Source of the DNA: an uncultured bacterium | Lineage (GTDB): Bacteria; Hydrothermota; UBA3073; NMUJ01; CBEVQO01 | NCBI GenBank assembly: GCA_965552055.1 | Contig: CBEVQO010000001.1 | Coordinates: 128,001 to 192,000 of the forward strand | Direction of reading: 5' to 3' | DNA length: 64,000 bases | In this document: positions 51,690-60,542 of the stretch, in pieces | Position numbering within the stretch: position 1 is the first letter of the stretch | Layout of the letters: each line of letters starts with the position of its first letter | Translations under genes and position numbers: made by a program | Notes under the pieces: generated by a model | What the model was told of the DNA's origin: nothing | Databases searched by the model: none | Seen by the model: the letters and a program-made list of their open reading frames with translations, nothing else

Positions 51690-52290
51690 TATCCCTCCTT
51701 CTTAATTTGTTTTTAACATAAAAGAAGCGGTACAGGGCAGTCCAGTTTGATAAAAATGCTATTAATGCAACAAAGTAAGGAAAAATTTTTTGCCCACAAA
51801 ATAGTCCTATCATCAATAAAAATATTCTTACACCTCGCTGTGTGAAACCTACTTTGCATTCCTGACCAAGACCTTCTGCTCTCGCACGAGTATAACTCAC
51901 CATATAGGAACCAAGTAAAGCAAAAAATATCAAAATTAAAATCCATAATTTATCGCGATAGTACAAAAGAGCTCCGAAATATATAAAAAATTCGCCATAT
52001 CTATCGAGAACAGAATCGAGAAAAGCGCCAAAGAGAGAGGTTTTACCAGTAGCCCGTGCTACAACACCATCTATCCCATCAAGCGGGAAAGCAAGAAGCA
52101 AAAATATACCTGCAAGCCAGAATTTTGAAAGACAAATAAATAATCCACATAAGACATTTGTAAGAAATGCCAGAAAAGTTACAAAATTTGGATGTATCCC
52201 TGCTTTTATAAAAGGAAGTGCAAGTTTATACAAAATTACATCTCTGCCTGATTGGGTAAATAACTCCTGAATAATTTCTTTAATTTTCAT
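51682..52290 (-). CDS. CDP-alcohol phosphatidyltransferase
   Basis: HPNFVT, DGIDGVVAR...GAFLDSVLDR, SYTRARAE. Confidence 0.92.
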   Translation of the reverse strand: MKIKEIIQELFTQSGRDVILYKLALPFIKAGIHPNFVTFLAFLTNVLCGLFICLSKFWLAGIFLLLAFPLDGIDGVVARATGKTSLFGAFLDSVLDRYGEFFIYFGALLYYRDKLWILILIFFALLGSYMVSYTRARAEGLGQECKVGFTQRGVRIFLLMIGLFCGQKIFPYFVALIAFLSNWTALYRFFYVKNKLRRRDNA

Positions 52291-52865
52291 CTTCCGATTT
52301 TTGGTTCTTCTCCTTTTATCAATCTTTTGATATTTGGTGTATGTCTTAGAATTACGATTGCAGCTCCTATTCCTGTCGTTATTATCAGAATACCGGATTT
52401 ACCGAAAATATAGCATAGAAAAGGTAAAGATGCGGATGCTATCATTGAGGATAAAGAGACTATTCTTGATATTTTAAGTGAGATAAGCCATATTCCAAAA
52501 GCGATTCCTGCCTGTGCAGGTATGATACCGAGGAAAGAGCCGAGTCCAACGGCAACACCTCTTCCGCCTTTAAAACGCAAATAAGGGGTAAATGAATGAC
52601 CTAGAACCGCAGAAACAGCACTTATCCCAGCCCAGAATTCCCCATAAAACTGATTGCAAATTAAAACAGGGATAAATCCTTTAAGTAAATCAAGGATAAA
52701 TACAACGATACCCCATTTTTTGCCACATACACGCGAAACATTCGTAGCACCTATATTGCCACTGCCATATTGCCTTATATCAACACCTTTTACTGCTTTT
52801 GTAATTAAATAGCCAAAAGGAATAGCTGATATGAAAAAAGTAAGTATTGGGAAAATTATTCCCAT
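52287..52865 (-). CDS. plsY: Glycerol-3-phosphate acyltransferase
   Basis: DIRQYGSGNIGATN, GH, FKGGRGVA, RH.PNI.RL. Confidence 0.95.
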   Translation of the reverse strand: MGIIFPILTFFISAIPFGYLITKAVKGVDIRQYGSGNIGATNVSRVCGKKWGIVVFILDLLKGFIPVLICNQFYGEFWAGISAVSAVLGHSFTPYLRFKGGRGVAVGLGSFLGIIPAQAGIAFGIWLISLKISRIVSLSSMIASASLPFLCYIFGKSGILIITTGIGAAIVILRHTPNIKRLIKGEEPKIGR

Positions 52866-54079
52866 TTTACAAGCCGTATAGGTAATCCCCAGAGCTCAAA
52901 CCTTTCTCTTATCGCCCTTTCTATATATTTTCGTTCATTCTCCTTTAAATCTTCAGTAACTTTCACTTTGAAAGTGAGTGGCTCTATCCCTATCTGTACC
53001 ATTTTTTTGACTTTTTTCAATCTAAGCGATTGCACTATTTCTTTCAGGTCATCATTTGGATATGTTCTTCTTGCTTTTTTGTAAAGTTCTATCGCTTTAT
53101 CCAGAGGTTCGTAAATTCTTTCTCCCTTCAATGCTGATATGTAAAAAAGTGGCACAAAATATGCAAAATCAAGTTGATTTGGATGGAATTTTACTTCTTC
53201 GAGGTCTATTTTATTAACAGCGAGTATAAGTCCTTTTCCTTTTTCGAGCACAAGATTTATCAATCTTTTATCCTGCCGTGTTAAATGCTCTGTGCAATCA
53301 AGGAGCTGTATAGCCACATTACATCTTTCTATGGCTGACTCTGAGCGTAAGCTGCTAAAGTATTCTACTGCCGAATCAACACGAGAGCGACGACGCAAAC
53401 CAGGAGTGTCAACAAGCTGAATCAATCTACCTTTATACTCAAATGTTATATCAATAGAATCAACCGTTGTGCCGGGTTTTTCATCAACAATAAGCCTATC
53501 TTCTCCTATTATTTTGTTTATGTAAGTAGATTTCCCGACATTTGGTCTTCCGATGATTGCAATTTTTATCTTCGCTTCAGCAACAGGCGCACCTTCTACC
53601 TCTTTTTCTATCCTTCGTAAAAGAGAACTTATCCCCCTACCATGCAATGCAGATATCGGATAGATATCAAAACCAAATTTTTGAAATTCATATGCCCTTT
53701 TCAACCGCGAGTCATTATCTACTTTATTAACAGCAAGAATTACCTTTTTGCCGTATTTCCTTAAAAATTCCGCTATCTCTTCATCACCGCCTGTTATTCC
53801 ATCTTTTACATCTGTCATGAATATCACAAGGTCTGTCTTTTCGAGAAATTTTATTATCTTTTCTTTTACTTTCTCCTTTATTCCAGATATTCCATGTAGA
53901 ATTAACCCGCCTGTATCAGCGAGCAAAATTATTTTTCCGTCAAGATTAAGGGGTTTTATGTTTATGTCACGGGTAACGCCGGGGGTGTAAGAAGTTACTG
54001 CCTCTCTTTCGCCTATCAATCTGTTAAAAAGTGTAGATTTACCTACATTTTCTCTCCCGATTATCGTTACTAATCCCAT
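52856..54079 (-). CDS. der: Ribosome biogenesis GTPase Der/EngA (short KH tail)
   Basis: Two G-domains: GRENVGKS/DTGG/NKVD and GRPNVGKS/DTPG/NKID. Confidence 0.93.
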   Translation of the reverse strand: MGLVTIIGRENVGKSTLFNRLIGEREAVTSYTPGVTRDINIKPLNLDGKIILLADTGGLILHGISGIKEKVKEKIIKFLEKTDLVIFMTDVKDGITGGDEEIAEFLRKYGKKVILAVNKVDNDSRLKRAYEFQKFGFDIYPISALHGRGISSLLRRIEKEVEGAPVAEAKIKIAIIGRPNVGKSTYINKIIGEDRLIVDEKPGTTVDSIDITFEYKGRLIQLVDTPGLRRRSRVDSAVEYFSSLRSESAIERCNVAIQLLDCTEHLTRQDKRLINLVLEKGKGLILAVNKIDLEEVKFHPNQLDFAYFVPLFYISALKGERIYEPLDKAIELYKKARRTYPNDDLKEIVQSLRLKKVKKMVQIGIEPLTFKVKVTEDLKENERKYIERAIRERFELWGLPIRLVKWE

Positions 54080-54675
54080 CGGAGATTAAGAGAGTTTATG
54101 GTAGCCGGTTTTATCCCTCTTCTGGAAAGATAAGCGAATAATCTTCTCTTTTTGACTTCCTTTGGCAAATCTTTGTTCTTTTCGAGCCATCTCTTTGCTA
54201 ATCTTTCTGCAAGTTCTTTTTCCTCCTCATTATTGTTGGCATTCAAAACATCCTCTATTATCTTTTCAGATATACCTCTTTTAAGCAATTCAAATTTTAT
54301 TCTGTTTTTACCCATTTCTTCCCGCTTCTCTTCAAAGTATAATTCGGCAAATTTTCTATCATCTATCAAGCCCAACCTTTTATAATTCTTGATAACTTCA
54401 TTTATTATGTCTTTTGGAATTTTTGTGTATTTCAACCTTTCTCTGATTTCTTTTTCCGTTCTCATTCTCACTGATAGCAATCTTCCTATGTGATTTTCTG
54501 CAAGTTGTCGCCAGTTAAATCGTTTTATGGATTCTATTTGGGTTTCTTTAAGCTTTTGCCCTTCTCTCAGTCCAAATTCCTTTACCGTAACAGGCAAAAG
54601 ACTTAATTTTTCACCGTTTTTAAAATGAATAACATATTCCCTTATTTTGTTTTCTACTTTCTCTATTTCTTTCAT
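54070..54675 (-). CDS. recX: RecA regulator RecX
   Basis: LLSVRMRTEKEIRERL, LIDDRKFA, EL.KRGI, YLSRRG. Confidence 0.88.
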   Translation of the reverse strand: MKEIEKVENKIREYVIHFKNGEKLSLLPVTVKEFGLREGQKLKETQIESIKRFNWRQLAENHIGRLLSVRMRTEKEIRERLKYTKIPKDIINEVIKNYKRLGLIDDRKFAELYFEEKREEMGKNRIKFELLKRGISEKIIEDVLNANNNEEEKELAERLAKRWLEKNKDLPKEVKKRRLFAYLSRRGIKPATINSLNLRWD

Positions 54676-55304
54676 TAAGATTTCTTTGGAGCTTTTGCCC
54701 GCCTTATAATGAGGTATCCTCCTTTTGGACCCGGCACTGCTCCTTTTACAATCAATATATTATTTTCTTTATCAACTTTAAAAACTTTCAGGTTCCTGAC
54801 GGTTACCTTTCGTCCTCCCATTCTTCCTGGCATCTTTGTTCCTTTTCTCACTTCACTTGGGTCGGTTCCTGCGCCTATTGACCCGGGTGCACGATGAAAA
54901 CGGGAGCCATGAGCAGCAGGACCGCCTGCAAAACCATGACGCTTAACAACACCCTGAAAGCCTTTAGCTTTGGAAATGCCTGTAACATCAACATATTCGC
55001 CTTCCTTGAAAATGTCAACCGTAACTGTATCCCCTACTTTCCATTCTCTCTCGGGGTCTCTTATCTCTCTTAAAATAGCGGTAGGTTCTACTCCTGCCTT
55101 TTTAAACACTCCACTGTAAGGCTTATTGGGATGCTTTTTCTTACCGAAACCTATAACTATTGCCCTGTATCCATCTGTTTCTTCGGTTTTAACATGAATC
55201 ACAGGACAAGGTCCTGCTTCTATAAGTGTGCATGGAACAGCTTCTCCTTTCTCATCGAATAATTGTGCCATCCCCAATTTTTTACCAATTATGCCATCCA
55301 TCAC
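54675..55304 (-). CDS. rplC: 50S ribosomal protein L3
   Basis: GKKLGMAQ, KGFQGVVKRH, HRAPGSIG, KGAVPG. Confidence 0.98.
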   Translation of the reverse strand: MMDGIIGKKLGMAQLFDEKGEAVPCTLIEAGPCPVIHVKTEETDGYRAIVIGFGKKKHPNKPYSGVFKKAGVEPTAILREIRDPEREWKVGDTVTVDIFKEGEYVDVTGISKAKGFQGVVKRHGFAGGPAAHGSRFHRAPGSIGAGTDPSEVRKGTKMPGRMGGRKVTVRNLKVFKVDKENNILIVKGAVPGPKGGYLIIRRAKAPKKS

Positions 55305-55606
55305 ATCTGTTTCATTTCAATATCAACACCTTCCGGTATTGTTAGCTGCTCCATAACCCTTATTGTCTGCTCATTTGTATCTGTTACCTCTATCAACCTT
55401 TTATGTATCTTCAATTCGAATTGTTCAAACGATTTCTTATAAACATGTGGCGAGCGCAAAACAGAAATAAGCGTACGCTTAGTGGGAAGTGGTATAGGTC
55501 CCTTGACTTTCGCACCTGTTTTCTTTATAGCTTTCACGAGTTCTTCAACACATTTATCAAGCAGAGTATGGTCGTATGATTTCAATTTTATCCTTATTTT
55601 TTCCAT
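55301..55606 (-). CDS. rpsJ: 30S ribosomal protein S10
   Basis: IRIKLKSYDH, GPIPLPT, RSPHV. Confidence 0.98.
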   Translation of the reverse strand: MEKIRIKLKSYDHTLLDKCVEELVKAIKKTGAKVKGPIPLPTKRTLISVLRSPHVYKKSFEQFELKIHKRLIEVTDTNEQTIRVMEQLTIPEGVDIEMKQM

Positions 55607-56859
55607 TATTCTATTACTTCTGTTACCACACCTGCTCCTACTGTCCTTCCGCCTTCTCTTATTGCGAATCTCATCTGGGGCTCCAGAGCAACAGGATACA
55701 TAAGGTCAACTGTCATCTCCACATTATCGCCCGGCATCACCATCTCTACACCTTCTGGAAGCGTAATCTTACCCGTAACATCGCATGTCCTGAAATAGAA
55801 TTGCGGTGAATAGCCAGAATGGAAAGGTGTATGCCTTCCTCCTTCTTCTTTCTTCAGCACATAAACCTGTGCTTTGAACTTCTTATAAGGTTTTATCGTA
55901 CCGGGCGCTGCAACAACCATTCCTCTCTCTACTTCATCTTTGGCAATTCCTCTCAACAATATTCCAATATTATCACCTGCTCTCGCTTCATCAAGTGTCT
56001 TTCTAAACATCTCTATTGATGTCGCTACTGTTTCCTTAACAACCCCAAATCCCACAATTTCTACTTTATCACCTGGTCTCAATCTTCCTCTCTCCACCCT
56101 GCCCGTTACAACCGTTCCTCTTCCAGTTATGCTGAAAACATCTTCTACGCTCAAAAGAAATGGTTTATCTTCTTCACGAGTAGGATCCGGAATATATTCA
56201 TCTACTGCTTTTATCAAATCAAAAATTGGTTTAAATGGATCTCCTTCTTCCACTTCTCCTTCCAGCACCTTCTTTGCGTGGTCCTCCGATAATTCCGTTT
56301 CGAGTGCTTTTAAAGCGCTTCCCTTAATGATTGGCACTTCATCTCCCGGGAATTCGTATTTACTTAATAATTCTCTTACTTCCATTTCAACGAGTTCTAT
56401 CAGCTCGGGGTCATCCACCATATCTATTTTGTTGATAAATACCACCATCGCAGGTACATTCACCTGTCTTGCGAGAAGAACATGTTCTCTTGTCTGTGCC
56501 TGTGGACCTTCATTTGCAGATACCACGAGTATAGCGCCATCCATCTGTGCTGCACCTGTAATCATATTTTTAACATAGTCTGCGTGTCCAGGGCAGTCAA
56601 TGTGAGCATAGTGACGAGTAGGTGTCACATACTCTCCGTGCCACAACTGAATAGTCAATCCCCTTGCCTTCTCCTCAGGTGCTTTATCTATCTGGTCAAC
56701 AGGTGCATATTCCGCCCAGTAGCCCTTATCTCTCGCAGCCTGAGTAGAGAGCAGTTTCGTTATCGCAGATGTAAGCGTCGTCTTACCATGGTCAACATGA
56801 CCTATTGTACCTATGTTTACATGCTTTCTATCTCTCCATTTAAATGCTTCCCTTGACAT
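55606..56859 (-). CDS. tuf: Elongation factor Tu (divergent)
   Basis: [38 protein letters not shown]. Confidence 0.97.
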   Translation of the reverse strand: MSREAFKWRDRKHVNIGTIGHVDHGKTTLTSAITKLLSTQAARDKGYWAEYAPVDQIDKAPEEKARGLTIQLWHGEYVTPTRHYAHIDCPGHADYVKNMITGAAQMDGAILVVSANEGPQAQTREHVLLARQVNVPAMVVFINKIDMVDDPELIELVEMEVRELLSKYEFPGDEVPIIKGSALKALETELSEDHAKKVLEGEVEEGDPFKPIFDLIKAVDEYIPDPTREEDKPFLLSVEDVFSITGRGTVVTGRVERGRLRPGDKVEIVGFGVVKETVATSIEMFRKTLDEARAGDNIGILLRGIAKDEVERGMVVAAPGTIKPYKKFKAQVYVLKKEEGGRHTPFHSGYSPQFYFRTCDVTGKITLPEGVEMVMPGDNVEMTVDLMYPVALEPQMRFAIREGGRTVGAGVVTEVIE

Positions 56860-56881
56860 AACCCCCCCTTAAGCACTTCTA

Positions 56882-56908
56882 TAAATATTCATTTTTTGAA
56901 TTTGTCAA
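56882..56908 (-). promoter_or_regulatory. Internal promoter for tuf
   Basis: TTGACA(56908-56903)-N15-TATTTA(56887-56882), then G-rich SD; -10 imperfect. Confidence 0.55.
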
Positions 56909-56915
56909 CCCTTTT

Positions 56916-58964
56916 TCAAACATATTTTTCAAGTAATTTTTTAACCTCTTCTTCGGGCACATTATCATAAGAATCAAATTCTATCACAGGTATCGCTCTA
57001 CCCTGTGTTAAAGACCTCAACTTCGTTGCATAACCAAATAAATTTTTTAGCGGACACCTTGCTTTTATTATCTGGATACCTTTATCAACATACATCTCAT
57101 AAATTTTACCCCCTCTACTTTGCATATCTTCAATTATTGCACCGACATATTCCACTGGTGTGACGCATTCTACTCTCATTATAGGATGCAAAAGCGTTGG
57201 CTCTGCTTTCTGCAATCCATTCTGTATTGCAATGGAAGAAGCAACTTTAAACGCAAGAGCAGATTCCTCCTGCTTCCTGCTAATGGCATTCAAAAGCATA
57301 ACCTCGATATCTGTCACAGGATAGCCAAGCAAAACACCTATTTGTAAAGCTTCCATCACCCCATCTTTAATAGCTTCAAAATGCGGGGTCTCTATCTGGC
57401 TCTTGAACTTTACACCCGCTCCCCTTTTCAAAGGTCTCAACAAGAACTCAACTTCTGCATAAAATTTCTTCCCGGATAACTCTTTATCAAAAACACCTTT
57501 ACAGCGAACTTCTTTTTTAATGGTTTCTCTATATGATACTCTTGGATTTTTGAGCGATGTATTCAAATTAAAATCTTCTCTCATCCTTTTCACGAGAACA
57601 TCTAAATGCAGTTCTCCCATTCCGCTTATAATCCACTCACCTGTTTCGGAATCTAACCTGTATTTAAAAGACGGGTCATCAAGTGATAACCTTTCCAAAA
57701 CCTCTTTCAACCTTTCTTCATCCTGCTTTGTTGCCACTCTTAAAGTTGCATCAATTACTGTTTCAAACTGCCTTGGTTTTTCAAATAAAATTTTAAAATT
57801 AGTATCGCAAATTGTATCTCCTGCTTTTATATCTTTAAAGCCATAAATCCCAACGATATTACCTGCTTCTGCTTCCCTTATCCTCTGTCTTTTATTTGCA
57901 TGCATCTGATAAATTGAATGTACTCTCTCCTTCTTGCCTGTTGAAACATTCAAAACATATTCTCCTTCTTTTATTTTCCCGGAATAAACTCTTGTAAATG
58001 CAAGTTTGCCATGTGCATCAACCTGGATTTTAAAAATCAACCCAGTAAACGGCTTATCAGGTAACTGTTCTACACATTTTTCTTCTCCTGTTTCAGGGTC
58101 TTTGCCTTTTATTATTTTTCTATCAAGGGGAGATGGTAGATATTCGCAAACAGCATCGAGCAAAGGTTGCACCCCTATATTACGCAGAGCAGCACCATAA
58201 AATACTGGAAAGAGAACGCAACCTATACAAAGGCGTCTTATAACCTGATGGATTAATTCTTCGGGTATTTCTTTATCTTCGAGATAAAGTTCCGCAATCT
58301 TATCATCATAAGTTGCAAGTATCTCAAGCAATTCTTTTCTCTTCTCTTCTGCTTCCATTTTTAAATCATCAGGGATATCAACAACATCATAATGTGAGCC
58401 ATCTGTACCTCTATACCATTTATAATATTTCATCTTTATGAGGTCACATACTCCATCGAATTTTTCTTCTATTCCCACGGGTATTTGCATCTGAAGGGGT
58501 TTAGCTCCCAATCTTTCTTCCATCATTTTTATACACCTTTCGGGTGATGCTCCCAATCTATCGAGTTTATTTATGAAAACAATTCTCGGAACATTATACC
58601 TATCTGCCTGACGCCAAACGGTCTCAGATTGTGATTCCACTCCTTCAACTGCACTGAAAATAACTATCGCACCATCAAGCACCCTTAATGACCGCTCTAC
58701 TTCTGCTGTAAAATCAACATGCCCTGGTGTATCAATTATGTTTATCTTTTTGCCTTTCCAGTAGCATGTTGTAGCAGCAGCTGTAATTGATATACCTCTT
58801 TCTTTTTCCTGTTGCATCCAATCCATTTGTGCTGAACCTTCGTCAACTTCTCCCATTCTATGTATCTTACCGGTATAATATAAAATTCTCTCTGTGGTAG
58901 TTGTCTTACCTGCGTCTATATGTGCAATTATTCCTATGTTTCGTACAGATGATAAGTCCTCCAT
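56916..58964 (-). CDS. fusA: Elongation factor G (str-operon copy with degenerate domain IV)
   Basis: AHIDAGKTT, RGISI, DTPGHVDF, NKLD, GMGELHL; TAATG overlap with rpsG. Confidence 0.93.
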   Translation of the reverse strand: MEDLSSVRNIGIIAHIDAGKTTTTERILYYTGKIHRMGEVDEGSAQMDWMQQEKERGISITAAATTCYWKGKKINIIDTPGHVDFTAEVERSLRVLDGAIVIFSAVEGVESQSETVWRQADRYNVPRIVFINKLDRLGASPERCIKMMEERLGAKPLQMQIPVGIEEKFDGVCDLIKMKYYKWYRGTDGSHYDVVDIPDDLKMEAEEKRKELLEILATYDDKIAELYLEDKEIPEELIHQVIRRLCIGCVLFPVFYGAALRNIGVQPLLDAVCEYLPSPLDRKIIKGKDPETGEEKCVEQLPDKPFTGLIFKIQVDAHGKLAFTRVYSGKIKEGEYVLNVSTGKKERVHSIYQMHANKRQRIREAEAGNIVGIYGFKDIKAGDTICDTNFKILFEKPRQFETVIDATLRVATKQDEERLKEVLERLSLDDPSFKYRLDSETGEWIISGMGELHLDVLVKRMREDFNLNTSLKNPRVSYRETIKKEVRCKGVFDKELSGKKFYAEVEFLLRPLKRGAGVKFKSQIETPHFEAIKDGVMEALQIGVLLGYPVTDIEVMLLNAISRKQEESALAFKVASSIAIQNGLQKAEPTLLHPIMRVECVTPVEYVGAIIEDMQSRGGKIYEMYVDKGIQIIKARCPLKNLFGYATKLRSLTQGRAIPVIEFDSYDNVPEEEVKKLLEKYV

Positions 58965-59437
58965 TACCACTTATAGTGAGCGAATGCTTTATTAGCTTCC
59001 GCCATCTTATGGGTATCTTCCTTTTTCTTAAACGCTGCTCCTTCTTTTTTGCTTGCCAAAATTATTTCATCCGCTAACCTCTGATACATTGGCTTACCTT
59101 TCTTTGCTCTAGCAGCTTCTAAAATCCATTTAATTGCTAGAAAAATTCTGCGATGCGGTGGCACCTGCACCGGAACCTGATAGGTAGCACCTCCCACCCT
59201 TCTTGGTCTAACTTCCATCAATGGTTTACAATTTTCTATAGCTTTATTAAAAATCGTCATCGCATCCTGATTTGTCCTTTTTTCTATTTCTTCCATTGCT
59301 TTATAAAAAATCTTTTGTGCAAGATACTTTTTGCCATCTTTCATCAAACAATTTATGAATTTGCCAACGACTTCGCTACCGTATTTGGGGTCACGATAAG
59401 GCTCTCTTTTCTTTATGTATCTCTTTTTTCTCGCCAT
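58964..59437 (-). CDS. rpsG: 30S ribosomal protein S7
   Basis: DGKK, RRVGGATYQVP, HKMAEANKAFAH. Confidence 0.98.
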   Translation of the reverse strand: MARKKRYIKKREPYRDPKYGSEVVGKFINCLMKDGKKYLAQKIFYKAMEEIEKRTNQDAMTIFNKAIENCKPLMEVRPRRVGGATYQVPVQVPPHRRIFLAIKWILEAARAKKGKPMYQRLADEIILASKKEGAAFKKKEDTHKMAEANKAFAHYKW

Positions 59438-59445
59438 TTTACCTC

Positions 59446-60138
59446 CTATTTAAAATAATCACTCGCTTCTTCCAATCCCCTTATTATTTTTACACCCAAT
59501 TTAGATGCATATTCAAAAACTTCTGGATAGGTAAATATTGCAACTATTATCTTATCTGTAAGTTTTTCGTTTTCTACCTTTTCGTAAAATTTTGTACATT
59601 TCAAAAAATTTTCAAGTTCGCCGAGTGTCAGAGAAGATTTCACTTCTATTGCTATTTTTTTATCGTCTCTTATTATAATGTCAATTTCGGCATCCCTGGG
59701 AAACATAAAAACTTCTGCCTTTTCATCTTTCTTACGCCATTTTATAACTTTATAACCTAACTCTGATAAAACATCTTCAAAACCTTTTCTGAAAGCTTCT
59801 TCAGCACCCATCCCCCACCTCGAACCCATCGCAGAAATAGCATCCCTTAAAAGCTTAAATCCCTTATCCATACGAGTGATAACTTCCTCAAATCTTTTGT
59901 TTACTTCTTCAAATCTCTTATCAACTTTTTCAAATCTCCTATTAATTTCCTCAAATCTCTTTTCGTATTCTTCTCTCATTTTTTTCAATTCAAGGAGTAT
60001 AGCTTTTATATCATCTTTGGTTGCAGCAGTTTTTTCAACTATTTCTTCTATTGCCATCCGTACTTCAGGATGTTCTTTTATAATTTTAGGCAATTCCTTC
60101 TTTATAAAAGTAATTATCTCATCTTTTGATAGTTTCAA
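59446..60138 (-). CDS. DUF3782-type coiled-coil plus PD-(D/E)XK nuclease-fold protein
   Basis: ATKDDI, (K/R)RFEE heptads, GSRWGMGAEEAFR, EIDIII...IEVKS. Confidence 0.85.
   Translation of the reverse strand: MKLSKDEIITFIKKELPKIIKEHPEVRMAIEEIVEKTAATKDDIKAILLELKKMREEYEKRFEEINRRFEKVDKRFEEVNKRFEEVITRMDKGFKLLRDAISAMGSRWGMGAEEAFRKGFEDVLSELGYKVIKWRKKDEKAEVFMFPRDAEIDIIIRDDKKIAIEVKSSLTLGELENFLKCTKFYEKVENEKLTDKIIVAIFTYPEVFEYASKLGVKIIRGLEEASDYFK
59881..59965. repeat. 21-bp imperfect tandem repeat (4 units) encoding heptads
   Basis: TCAAATCT recurs at 59888, 59909, 59930, 59951. Confidence 0.85.
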
Positions 60139-60152
60139 TATTCCTCCTTATT

Positions 60153-60542
60153 TTATTCTTTCTTCTGTTCTTTTGGTCTTTTGGTTCCGTATTTCGAGCG
60201 AGATGTCCTTCTTCCTTCCACTCCTGCGCAATCATACGCTCCCCTTACGATATGGTATTTCACACCCGGTAAATCTTTAACTCTACCTCCCCTCACCAGT
60301 ACAACAGAGTGCTCCTGCAGATTATGACCCTCACCCGGAATATACGCTATTACCTCCCTGCCCGTACTCAACCTTACTTTCGCAACCTTTCTTTGCGCAG
60401 AATTCGGCTTTTTAGGCGTAGTAGTATAAACTTTTACGCAAACTCCCCTCTTCTGAGGACAGCCCTCAAGTGCCGGGGATTTCGACTTCCTTTTCTTCTT
60501 TTTTCTCCCCTTCCTTATCAACTGATTTATCGTGGGCGGCAT
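60153..60542 (-). CDS. rpsL: 30S ribosomal protein S12
   Basis: [32 protein letters not shown]. Confidence 0.98.
   Translation of the reverse strand: MPPTINQLIRKGRKKKKRKSKSPALEGCPQKRGVCVKVYTTTPKKPNSAQRKVAKVRLSTGREVIAYIPGEGHNLQEHSVVLVRGGRVKDLPGVKYHIVRGAYDCAGVEGRRTSRSKYGTKRPKEQKKE

Noticed and set aside
55940..56578. 212-aa plus-strand ORF and the many other short antisense ORFs in the track
   Set aside because: They are shadow frames of conserved genes (tuf, hppA, ppdK, rpoC) with no motifs or SD.
59881..59965. 21-bp periodic repeat as a CRISPR array
   Set aside because: No spacers; it is an in-frame heptad repeat within a CDS and no cas genes are present.
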